A stretch of DNA of 64,000 bases, taken from the NCBI GenBank assembly GCA_963924565.1, contig OZ004612.1:26908001-26972000 (forward strand). Reading direction: 5' to 3'. This document shows positions 50,582 through 62,131 of this stretch, in pieces; the first letter of the stretch is position 1; each line of letters opens with the position of its first letter. This stretch comes from Ascidiella aspersa (lineage: Eukaryota). The notes beneath the pieces are model-generated. The model saw only the letters and a program-made list of their open reading frames with translations, made no database searches and had not been told where the DNA came from. The position numbers and the translations under genes were made by a program.

Positions 50582-51839
50582 ATGAACAAGCTGGTTATTG
50601 TTGCTGTTGTGTTTGCTGTAGTCTTGATGTTGGCAGAAATAGCAATGTCGCAAAAACGGGGGTAAGTTGAGTTTTTGCATCGCTATATTTTATCCTTTGT
50701 ACGTACAGAAGGCTACGTGATATTAGCGCGCTTTCTAACTGAATAAAGTATAAAGATGCACGAAAATCAGTTTAAGGTCCACCAATATGGAATACACGGT
50801 AGCATTTTACTTGTGCTGCGATATCTCTATTTCGACTACCCTAGGTTTTCTTGATACTCTATAGCTACAATGTAGACTTGGCTATGTTGACTTATACCTT
50901 TACCGTATGTGCTATATCACCTCACTGTTTTCAAATAAGTTCAAATGATTATTAAAGGCAAAATGACATGAATTTAGCTAAAGCCATTTGAACTTAATCC
51001 CGGACCAAATGCACCGTTTGTTGATAATTGCCTTCTCATAATGCAACCTATGTTATTTTACAAACTTTGTTTAACCTTTAGCGGCCATTACGGGAAATTT
51101 GACAGATTCGGCAAACAAGGAGATGGTTATCACAAGGACTTCATGGTAAATTGATAAATGCAAATGCTATAAAATCCATCGCTGTATTTGTAGTTAAACC
51201 AGGAGGAACTGCCGGTTGGAAGTAATAACGTCGTCTTACGAGACACACTTATATAGCCGGAAAATGATTGTCAAAGCTAAATAAAGACGTTGAGATGCGG
51301 ACTGGTATCATCATCATTAGTCGTATCATTACCGCTGTACCTGCTTTAACACGTGAATGTGCTAGTTAATGCTCTCCGAATGATTAGAAACTTTAAAAGA
51401 AAATAATTGCGGTTCACATTTTATAACGGAGGTTGAAAAGATTTCAGTCACAATAACTGATGATGATACAAGCTCGTATCGAAACGTCTTTTTCAGATGA
51501 TGTCGATTTACTCGACCTTTTTGGATTTGGCATTAATTTTTAAGCTACATTACATTAATAGTTCATATTATACTTCTACAAATAAATTTTTATATGTTTA
51601 TTAACTCACCGATTAAGTGTTAAGTTTATTGTATAACAATATAAACGTGTTTGCCATCCGAATTTTTCTCTTCCTTTGCACCACATAATCGGTTTAATGT
51701 TTTCTTTGACGAAAGTGGTATCGGAAATTCTAAATATCGCATCGACGACACTCAATTTTTCAAATGTTGAAAATTAAAAAATTGCCGATTTTTACAGGAA
51801 AATCTTGGATTCGGAAATAATTTTAATTTGGAAGATTAA
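50582..51839 (+). CDS. Small secreted prepropeptide, copy B (61 aa): MNKLVIVAVVFAVVLMLAEIAMS-QKRGGHYGKFDRFGKQGDGYHKDFMENLGFGNNFNLED. Exons 50582-50661, 51082-51145, 51798-51839
   Basis: Canonical splice sites (GG|gtaagt, ctttag|C, ATG|gtaaat, tttacag|GAA) give an open frame ending in TAA at the homologous position. UTR intron from 51860, last exon 52275 with AATAAA at 52292. Confidence 0.8.
51452..51492 (+). ncRNA. Minimal type-I hammerhead motif in intron 2 of peptide gene B
   Basis: AAUAA-CUGAUGA-U-GAUAC-AAGCUC-GUAUC-GAAA-CGUC-UUUU, with a perfect 5-bp stem II. A core-mutated relative lies at ~8462-8507. Confidence 0.6.
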
Positions 51840-52632
51840 TCAGCAAACCATCAAACTTCGTGAGTTAAACATCTGTTTTAGTGACTTATGTTACAACATG
51901 CACTTTTGCATTTATTAAAGCTAACTAACTCAACTCAATATTATGGGTTGCGGAATTAAGTGATTATTAACGTAATATGGCTCAAATGGAGCAAATGGAG
52001 TTATTTGTAACACAAACTAAATAAAGTAGAAATGAAACACCTAAGAGTGTCAATTCTGCATACCTTGCATTAGGATAAGATAAGTAAAACTAATAGAAAC
52101 AGTATTGAGCCATCTATATCTTTAGCATGTAACTAAATCAATCAAATAAAAAACAAGTTTCAGGATTTCAGTATTTAATCGAAAAGCTCAATGCTTTGGG
52201 TTAAGAAAAGCTCAAGTGCCACAATTTATTTAGTCATATTTGTCGTGGTGTTAATTTAAATGTGTTTTTAACAGGTTTACTTTCCATTGTCAATAAAGCA
52301 TCTTTCCGTGTACCACGTCTATCATCGTTAAAGCGTGTTCAATCATCTTTCTATTCGTCGCCGTTTAAAGGTTTTGCAACGGAAGGTTCATTTCTGTAAA
52401 TTTCAATACAGCTTACTCGCTTGCTGCTAAAGTTTAAAATCGATCACTCCAATTTCTATTTCCTTGCTGGCAGGGTTGCGAAGTGGGGACATGGAAAATG
52501 AGTAAGGCATCTTAAGAGTACCAGAGTTCCGAGTTCGACGCGCGCGTGCGCAGTACCAAATTTCAAAACTAACAAGCAGACTGTAAATTGTAAACAGACT
52601 GTAAATTGTAAGAGAAAATGCATTAAAACGCA

Positions 52633-52715
52633 ATTAGTACACCGAAAGCCATTGCAGACCCACCGAATCTGTTGATATATTCGGTGAAGCCGCAGTGGCT
52701 TTCGGTGTACTAATT
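52633..52715. repeat. Short hairpin/inverted repeat
   Basis: AATTAGTACACCGAAAGCCA ... TGGCTTTCGGTGTACTAATT. Single arms also occur at ~17215, ~25945 and ~41105. Confidence 0.75.
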
Positions 52716-54545
52716 ATACGTAAGCCGTAATCGTTGGTCAAAAAGCAGCTTCAGAAGGGCTAGACCTCAGTGGTTAATGTGTGTTCATGTGTCATTGAAT
52801 CATGTATTGTTGGTATTAAATTCATATGACACCTCTATGAGTGGATTGCTGTATATCCACCATGACGCAAAACATCGCACATTTGGTGTGAGTCTTACTT
52901 GGTTTTTATTTTTATGGCCGTAGTCAAACTCCGGAATTGTACGCAGGTTATATTTAACCGACTCCGCAGCCCAGCGTTGTTAGGCCGGCCATTTCGTTTT
53001 ATTACTTATGGCTCGCTGTGGAAAACACTTCTATTTAAATGCAATACTTGTCACAGCCGAACTTACTAAACGCGGAGCTATTCTCAATATTTCCAACGTG
53101 AAAAAAATCTCGTAATCTAACAATACGCACAGTTCGTTTAATATCGATTTAATTCAGTCAACTAAGTTCAAGTGAAGTCTTTTTTAATAAATAATAAGTC
53201 AAATTATAATTACGGGAATCAACTACAAGTCAAGTCCTTGTCATGAAAAGTCAAGTCATCCAAAAACAGTTACTTAAATACACTAAAGTCATGTCAATAA
53301 GCGATTTGCAGCGACGTGAATTACCAGAGGATGTTCGTGTGGAAAATGTTTGCGTGTACAGGAAATAGCTTGCATGTTTTGGAATGAATCCAACATCGTT
53401 TTCGTCTTCGTTAGTAAAATAGCATTACAGTAACGCGCAAAGAACAAAACTCATGTAACATGGCTTTTAACTGTTTTGTGTTCGAAACAGTTTCAAGCGC
53501 ACACAAAGTATTATATTTGTTGGTGAATATAATAGAAGTTTATCAAGCAGCACAACGGCTTTTTACGGCTGTAAAAAAGCTGACTAGTTCAATTTAAGTT
53601 AACCTTGGATTTTCTTACTTGTGAAATGTGTTTATGCAGTTGACAAATAGTTTGTGTGTTAAACTTCGCACATAACGGCCTAACATTTGTAAATAAAAGA
53701 TAGTTTAGACCTGGCTTATGCGGGTTCTCCAATGCCTATTGCAGTTGAACTTTGCACATAAGCAAAAAAGACTATTCCCTGGTATACAGTGTATAATTTA
53801 GAGTTATAATTTAAATTTCCGAATTAAATGCATAAAGTTGTAAGTGCACTACTATACGTTAATAAACGTTACTTCATGACATTCAACTTGCATTGGTGTC
53901 TTGTTTGTTTGAGACAGACATATTTCTTTAGCGAAATAAATTGTTAAATGAGATTTGCAATTTATTACTCGGAAAATATGAAAAAATAAATCTAAGCTAT
54001 CACTTGCATAATTTGAATAAAACACGCGTTTTAACACACACAGTAGTAAATTTTTTTCGGCGATTTGCGCGAATCGTATTTATAGTTTTCGGGGAGTGTT
54101 TAGATATATGCTGTCCTTTATATAAGAACAGAATAAAGGGCCTTGTTCAAATTGTTATTTTTTTCAACCTATAACTAGATGTAAAAAGCATTATATGGCT
54201 CTCATGGACATACAACCAAGAACATTTGGCTTTTATGGCTCCCTTGGCTAAAGAGGTTCCTGACCCCTGTCTTAGAGAAACACTGGGGTATGGGAACAGA
54301 ATTGCGTTTTTCTCTGTAAAAATCACCGTGACACGTTTAAACTTTTACTCCGAATTCTAACAGCAGGAAGCCATTGTGAGCTTCGAAGGATGTCGGTCTG
54401 TAGCACAAGTTACTCGCGTTAATAGCGAATAAACCAACACAATTTGCAGTTACGCATTAGTTATGAAGAACGAGTTTAAGTCGCTCCAGGAGAACATTTC
54501 GCGGAAATACGAGTTTCAAGAAAAGAATTATCACATGCGTTAATA

Positions 54546-54864
54546 CAGTGCTTCTCAACCTATGGGTGGCTGTTTTATTTGGTTGGGTCGCCGACCGCAG
54601 TATAGTCACATGTTTATACTAATTGAGGTTGGTTCTGAGAACATTTTTTCTTAAGAAAATTAAGGAAGCAATACAAATAATGTCTTGTAATAATTATTAA
54701 AATTATAAATTATTTTTGCTAGTGCGTATTTTTTGTTCACTTACAAGAAGCTAGTTTTTATTTCGCTTACAAGAAAACAAAAAAAAAAATTGGGTCGCCA
54801 AAGCTTAGTCGTCATACTTCCGGTTAATATTTGGGTCGCCGCGAAATAAGGTTGAAAAGCACTG
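54546..54864 (+). mobile_element. hAT-like MITE in the promoter of peptide gene C
   Basis: CAGTGCTTCTCAACCT ... AGGTTGAAAAGCACTG termini. TSD CGTTAATA/CGTTAACA. Confidence 0.88.
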
Positions 54865-54992
54865 CGTTAACATATAACAAGATTATTATTTTCGTGGTAA
54901 TTGATTGGTCATTTTAGTAATAATTATTCAATCAGATGATTTTTTTATCTAGGTAAACAAATCTATTTAGCTTACAAGCTACCCACATCGAA

Positions 54993-55728
54993 ATGAACAA
55001 ACTGGTATTTGTTGCTGTTGTGTTTGCCGCCCTTTTGATGCTGGCAGAAATAGCAATGTCGCAAGGAGAGTAAGTTCTGCATGGAATTAAATGCTAGAAT
55101 TAAATCAACTGGCAAGCTTATACCTTTCTGTTAGATTTGAATACCTGTATGGTAGTAGTGCGCTTTTTAACCAACTTCGTAAAATAAAATATGCAAAAAA
55201 TGTAAGGCCGCCCAATATTGAACACCTTAACATGGTGGCTAGTTCAAAACCTCCAATCAATTGACGCCAAGGCTACTTAAACATAAACGCACCCACATCT
55301 TGATTTAAACATGGTCGACTTGAGTGTTGAATCAAAAATGCATGACTATGTCTTAAGTCATTTCGGACCATAATTAACCCTTTTCGAAATGCAGTGTGGA
55401 ATACTTAACAAACTTGCTGTTTTACCTTTTAGAGGTGGTTTCGGTTTGATGGACAGACTAAGCAGACCAAATGATTACTACAGAGGCTTCATGGTGAGTT
55501 ACTATACTTACACTACTGTACTGTACTTCAAACAAGGAAAAACTGTCAGTACAAAAGCGATGAAGATATCGTATAAGTTTAGATCATTAAAACCTCCTAT
55601 CTCACTTATTGTTAGGTATGTTTCAAACAATGCAAGACATGCTTGATGCTTGTTGTTTTTTAAATCACAAACATATTTTTTTACAGGAAGAAAATGAGTT
55701 CGAAGATAATATTATTCTCGGTGATTAA
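54993..55728 (+). CDS. Small secreted prepropeptide, copy C (59 aa): MNKLVFVAVVFAALLMLAEIAMS-QGEGGFGLMDRLSRPNDYYRGFMEENEFEDNIILGD. Exons 54993-55069, 55433-55493, 55687-55728
   Basis: GA|gtaagt, ttttag|A, ATG|gtgagt, ttacag|GAA. Phases 2 and 0 are conserved with copies A and B. UTR intron from 55749, last exon 56291 with AATAAA at 56308. Confidence 0.8.
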
Positions 55729-58099
55729 TTACCGAACCATATAACGTCGTAAGTATGTATCATTTAAATTACATCATACTTCTTAAAAAACATAAACTAA
55801 TTGAATTTTCTATTATGAGTTGATGGATTAAGTGATAAAGATTAAAATTAAGTTTGATATATGTTTGTTGGTTGTATATAAGCTGCATTAAATCAAGTAA
55901 TAGCGAAAAGTGATATTCTACTGACTTGAGTAATTTTCGGTTTACTAATTTCTGTACTTAGTATTATTAATATTTGTCATTGATGTAAAAAGAAAATGGT
56001 TTGTTTTTCACCATTCGTATTCAGGCAAATTTTTTTACTTGAAATAAAATGGTGACTTTGTACAAACACGAAATTTAAACACGAAAAACAAAAGTTAAAA
56101 AACTAACATCTCTTTAATTTATAAAATGCCGTGTATTTAAAAAGAATCTCAACGCATGATGCAACCTTTGTAAATCAACCACAAGTTCACTGTTTAATCA
56201 AAGAGTTGAGTGTTGTAATGCCAGCAATGAACGGCATACGCCACAATCTATATAATGACTCGCGTTTTCTATGCATATTTGTTTAAACAGGTTCACCATT
56301 CATCGCCAATAAATCATGTTCATGAGTTCCCTTTGGTCGTCGTTAAAAAGCTTGTTCAACCATTCATTTAGCACTGATTCACGCTTAAACGCTGTAACGA
56401 ACGAATAACGTCTATGATCTGGATGAAGCGTATTCGATTGATAAAGTAGTAAATCATTTCCATTTATTTCCTTTTTTTATTTTTATTTTCCTTGACCTAG
56501 CTGCCTAAACCAGTCACAACAGAACTTTTAACACCCGAATGTTAACACAGTTGTCTTATTTTGTATCCTTTTATGCTATCTGTACTCTGTAGAATCATAC
56601 TTGTTTGTATTAGCTTGGCGCTGTAGGCTAATCAATGATAGAGGAGCTGTGTTGAATTTTCGAATTTAATTTGGATTCCTCAATCTGGCAATACGCACGT
56701 TGAAATGTCGAGATAGCCTATTTAATTCTAAGTGGATGAAGTCAGATAGATAACTTGCTTTAATATTCAGTCAACAGCGCTTTATAACTGGCTAAATTCA
56801 TTTCGACGTCATCAATAATGTATTTAACATTGGAAATTTGCACCCCCGATGTATATATCATATCTCTTTGTACATCAAGAAAGACAGAAGAACATCAAAA
56901 TGTTTAAACTTAAATCTCCTATAAGCTTAAGTAGACGAAACCACAATAGTAAAATATATTGAATCTGATAACGCCTGAAATATAAGTGACCGGTCAAACA
57001 GATGTAAGTCTGTTGTTTGTAACTCCCTGTCGCAATTTAAAATAGTTAAAAATATTTTCGTGATAAAATTGAGCGTTAACCATTTACCGCAACCCGCTGC
57101 TTTCTTCCTTTGCTTAAATGTTGTTTTCGTTTGGCTTTTTTAAAAGTAAGCTATTCCATTCTGCTAAGTATGGTTTTTGGTTGCAAGACCCATAAGCTTC
57201 CAATCTTGTCGTGTTTTGTAAAATACCGACTTATTGAGACGTGAATTACCAATTGGTGTTCGTGTAAAGCAAATTGTGTCGACAGGAAATAGTTTGCACG
57301 TTTTGGCATGAATTCAACATTGCTTACGTCTGCATTAATAACTAGCATTAAACAGTAAAGCACAAAGTAAAAAAACAAACATGTAACGTGGCTTTTTATT
57401 TTGCGATTAAGTTATCACTAAGTTGTACTTTGTGATAGAAACTAATGCAATTTACCTTTGCACATGCGACCCCTGCCATTGCGTTATTGTGTCTCATTAA
57501 AAGTTATTTTTCAAGATTGCTGCATTGAATACATACAATAGATTGTAAAACTGCCTTACTGTGTTTAGCTACGTTAATAAAGTCATTTCCAGTCGTTCAA
57601 CATGTACTGGTGTCTCGTTTGTTAGAGACAGGCGAACTGTTTAATTAGGTTGAAACGCCTTGATACCTTGCAATGCTCAGTAAAATCACCAAGGGGTTAA
57701 AATAAATGTATGTAGAACGGCTTTTTAAAAACAGTAATGACCAATAAAAACACTTTAAATGTGTAAGTACATAGAGGATCAAAACACGTTGGTTGAAAGG
57801 CAAACTTGTATAAAGTTTGTTGGAGCCCACTCTTAAGACTTTGTTAATTTCAACTTTAGCAATTGGCATGGAAATTAGCAAACTGATATTTATTGATTTC
57901 TCCGGCTCCGATGTTGCTAGAAAAAACGAATAAGTTGCTTCACGTATAAGTACTACATTATATTGGGGCTCATGGTTGGCAAAAGTCCTACACGCCTAGT
58001 TATAAATTCTTTATTTACTTGTCTTTTACGTATATCCTGTAATCCAAAAACCTAATGCATTAGGCGAGTAAACATTCCCTTAAACGTCTCCTCGCATTT

Positions 58100-58415
58100 T
58101 AGTTGTAAACTTCGTCCCTTGGGGGTCCGTAAACTACTTTTTATAGGGGGTCCATGAAGGTCTAATTGAAATATTAGTGTTTATTTAAGAAGTAATCAAT
58201 TTATTAAAGAAATCAATTTAATTAAAAATAAAACGGTTTTGCGCTGAATGTATTTAGACGCCATTTCACTTTCACAATTTTGGACCAAAATCAGCAAATT
58301 TATGAAGTCTATTTGTACTGTGACGTCAATTTATGCCGTAATTTTTTAATTTTTTTTTGCCTACAGTGGTCCACGCGAGATGAAAGAAAATTTTAGGGGT
58401 CCGCGGTAAAAAAAT
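58100..58415 (+). mobile_element. Family B MITE, termini eroded
   Basis: Collinear with 9640-9945 (ggggtccatgaagg..., gtggtccacgcga..., ggggtccgcgg). Confidence 0.65.
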
Positions 58416-61400
58416 GTATTTATTTAACTTTATGCGATTCTACTTGTAACAGCTTTCATAGCGGTTTGAATCACCGTGTTACGTTATCGTGTGTACCTTG
58501 ATTTGCAAATATATACTCAACGAGCAATATCAACTGAGTGAATGACTCTGTCCAGAGTCCAAGAAGTTAAGGACAGGTATTTTAGCGGCCTGTTCTTTGG
58601 AGTGAGATATATACATTAAGGAACGTGGAAGAAATTTAGGTAGCCGTGGCCTCGCCTTACGGGCCAGCGCCTTACTTGCAACCCGCAAAGCTAAAAGGAC
58701 TAACACTACATTACACCATTCATCCTTTATATATATAACAACACCAACAGATAGAGTTAACTGACCAACCCTGCATAAAACCGTTCATTCTACACCAAAG
58801 CGTATAAATAACACTGACATCTACCACAATACCAATAATAACTAGACGGGGGTGCGGTTGTTGTGTATTTTGTCATGGGGTATACTTTTAGGGCTTAGTG
58901 TTTTATTTCAATTAAATTTATTTTATTTTATTTTTCAGGAAGTATTAGTGGGCCTTTATACAAAGGATTATTTACCAGGGTTACTTTAAACTAATTATTA
59001 ATTTCACTTTGGTTCGTGGTTTGGTATATGCGTCGCATGTCTATATAGTTTCCTAAAAAAAGCAAAAACAGATATGGGCCGAAATTTTGCAAGGTTATTA
59101 AATCTGATACCTTAAGTACCCCATTTTTACTTCGCTTTTTTTTCAGAGCTTCGTCAAAAAGCAATGTTGTGTGTTGTGTTCTAAATGGATAGACTGAATG
59201 ATCAGCTGGAATTTATGTCATTATAAACAGTAAATATGCGAAGGCGAAATCTCATTTTATTGAAATAGGTCAACGTAAGAAAAATCCGTAATTTGTTTAT
59301 TAGTGAAAATGGCATACCTTTAAAACCGTTGCAATACGCGCGATATTTACCTTAAGCATTTGGCGGTTAAACCGCGCAAAAATTGACTAAGTCTGCCATA
59401 CAAACTACCAAGCAAAATCGCGTCTCAAGTGAGCACAATTATTTATGTATTGTCGTGACAATAAATTCAAATATGCAAGACATTTGGGGAATGATCGCAA
59501 TATATATTTAATAAATACAATTTACGTAAATAATGCGCACCGCCATGCTATTTGGCCAGATAACATGTTTAAAAAACAAATCTATTTTAATTGAAATGGT
59601 TAACACCCCTGGCTTGCTATACTTTTGCCAATAAATTACTAAGACGAGCCGCTTCGCACAATGAAAGTTGCACTGCTGGACAATAAAGCGCAGCAGGCGT
59701 CGCTTCGCGAGCTGAACGAAACAAGCCAATATGACCGAATTCTGTATTAAAGTTGTACTACCGCTAGATAGGAGAAGATAGCTACGGAGAGCTGAAACGA
59801 TGACGTCACAAAATTTTGGGTTTTTTGTAGGTTTTAATCGATAGTCCCTAGGGGTGCAGACTATACCTTTTATACACACCTAAAAAACACTCTACGGCAT
59901 GTTTGAAAATTTGAGAATTATAGGATGTATACTTTTTTTATAAAGCTTCGGACAAAAATCGGTCGGAAACATTTAACGGCAAAAACAAGATATGTCCCGA
60001 AAATAAATTTTCGGCCCATATAATAATCAACGATAGACATTTCCTACTACAAACCCAGAAAGCATTTTCATGGTAATTTTCTTTCAAGTGTAACTTACTT
60101 ACAAATGACAAAATTCTCAATAACAAAATGCCTTTTATTGCAAATAGCAAACCAAACTAAACTGAAAAACAAAACGAAAGCAGACCCATTGATTAATCAA
60201 ACAACAAGTAAAGCAAACAAAACTTGTAGGCTACATCAACAAAGCCGAAAACTAACTAATTGCTACTTTTCGCGAACGGGATAACCGCAAATTTACGAAC
60301 AAAACAATAACAATATAATGTTTTATTATTAAATCTAGGAGTAGCCCACCAATTACAATAACAAAAACTGAAAGCCTATATAGTGGCACTGTTTACAAAT
60401 ATCTAAGTTCTAACTAACCTCATGAAGCTTGATTGTGCGTAAGCTTGTCAACAGTGAAATGCAGCTTCTCAACATTGCCACTTGTTTTCAGTCTTGGTAT
60501 AAGACAAATATCAAGAATTATAATATATGCCCATAAAATCATGCAGGTTACGAATATGGACCTAAAGATGAAAACAAGGCAATATTAGTTTTTTTTAATT
60601 AAGCTTGGATCATAGTAGGAATAGCATACAAATGTGAAAATTTCCTGCCAAATAATAAAGGTAAACAGGTTAACAATGAAACAGCACTTACCAGGTCGGC
60701 TCGGTAGTGCAATTCAAATTTCCCTCTTAAGCTTTGCAAACTACAGCCGAACACGCCTGTTTGATTGGAATTATATTTACACCAAGCAGGTTTTAGCAAA
60801 AGTCGACAAAAAGGTGCAGAAATACAGTAATAATTACTTAATTGCTTAAAGCGTTCGCTTGGTTGTCGCTAGCCTAGAGCATTTTTACGAATACTGAATT
60901 CGCTTAATGCTTGTACAACACACTAGAAGAGCTGGACACATATCACATAGGTAATCACTTTTCCTGTTCAAAGAATTAGATTTAAAAACTATTCATCCCA
61001 AGGAAACCATGCATATTATGGCAAGTTACGCCGTGTGACTTCAACTCTACAAAGTGAGAGTTTTGTTAACTTAAACTATAAATGCTATTATTTCGAGCAA
61101 TTATGCGAAATCTCTTTTTATGTACTTAATGCGTCACGTATACCCGTTTCAATCAAAAGTTTTCATTCAAAACAAATTAAATAAAATTTGGCGCGATTAG
61201 ACTAAATTCAGTTAGAATTTGCGCACGAGTTCGCTCGAGAACTACAAGCGTTTTTAAGATAAATTGCTTTATGACGTCATGCCATGACAATACTTTGTGA
61301 CGTCATCCCCAACAAAATTTCGTGACCCATAACAAAATCGTAAATACACCTCTACTGTAATTAACAACCAAATATTGTTAGGTGGTTTGTAAAATAATTG

Positions 61401-62131
61401 AACCTAAATCCGACCGATTTTTTTAATTGCTTCCTGCCTTTAATCAGCAAAAAACGCAGGTGTGAGCAAACAGTTGAAAGGTTTACGCCGGTTGTCATTT
61501 GGCTTGGCAATTCTATATCAGCTAATACCGCATGCAGACTGTTGAATCATAAATACCAAGCGTGCATTGTGTGGCTACATCCGAATTGGCAGGCCTACAG
61601 TTGTAGCAGGTTAGTATACAGTACAGTAATTGTTATCAACTGAGGATGTATGTTTAGTTTAATTCAGTTGCTGCAAATAAACAGTGAGATTGATTAGATT
61701 TAAAGGAAAAAAACGAATTTCTATGTTACAATGACTGCGCTATTTATTTATTGTAGACAAGTCCTACTTCAATTTCATACCAGTCATTTATGGTTTCGGT
61801 AAATGACTACATTTGTTGTGTACTGTAAGTGATTAAAAAGCGTAGGCTATGTGCCTTTTTAACACTTGTCAAACAAAATAGTTATTACCGGCACCTTAGT
61901 TTTAACAAGAAATGCTACTTGTATATTATATTAATTACTTGATGCGCAATAACTGCAGTGATAGCAATAGTAAGGTAGCTTTAGATCAATTAAAGCTTTT
62001 AAAACAAAATATATAAATGTTTAAGTAAGACCAATGCTAAAACCGCGATCCCTGTCGTATTTAAATCAGGTAAAACAATGACCGCATACATTTTTTATTA
62101 GAGCTTAGTTTGCCAAACAGTGACTATAAGT

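Noticed and set aside
58939-58989. Strong acceptor followed by a short ORF (EVLVGLYTKDYLPGLL*) as a possible last coding exon of a fourth peptide gene
   Set aside because: No similarity to exon 3 of copies A-C, and no matching upstream exons were found.
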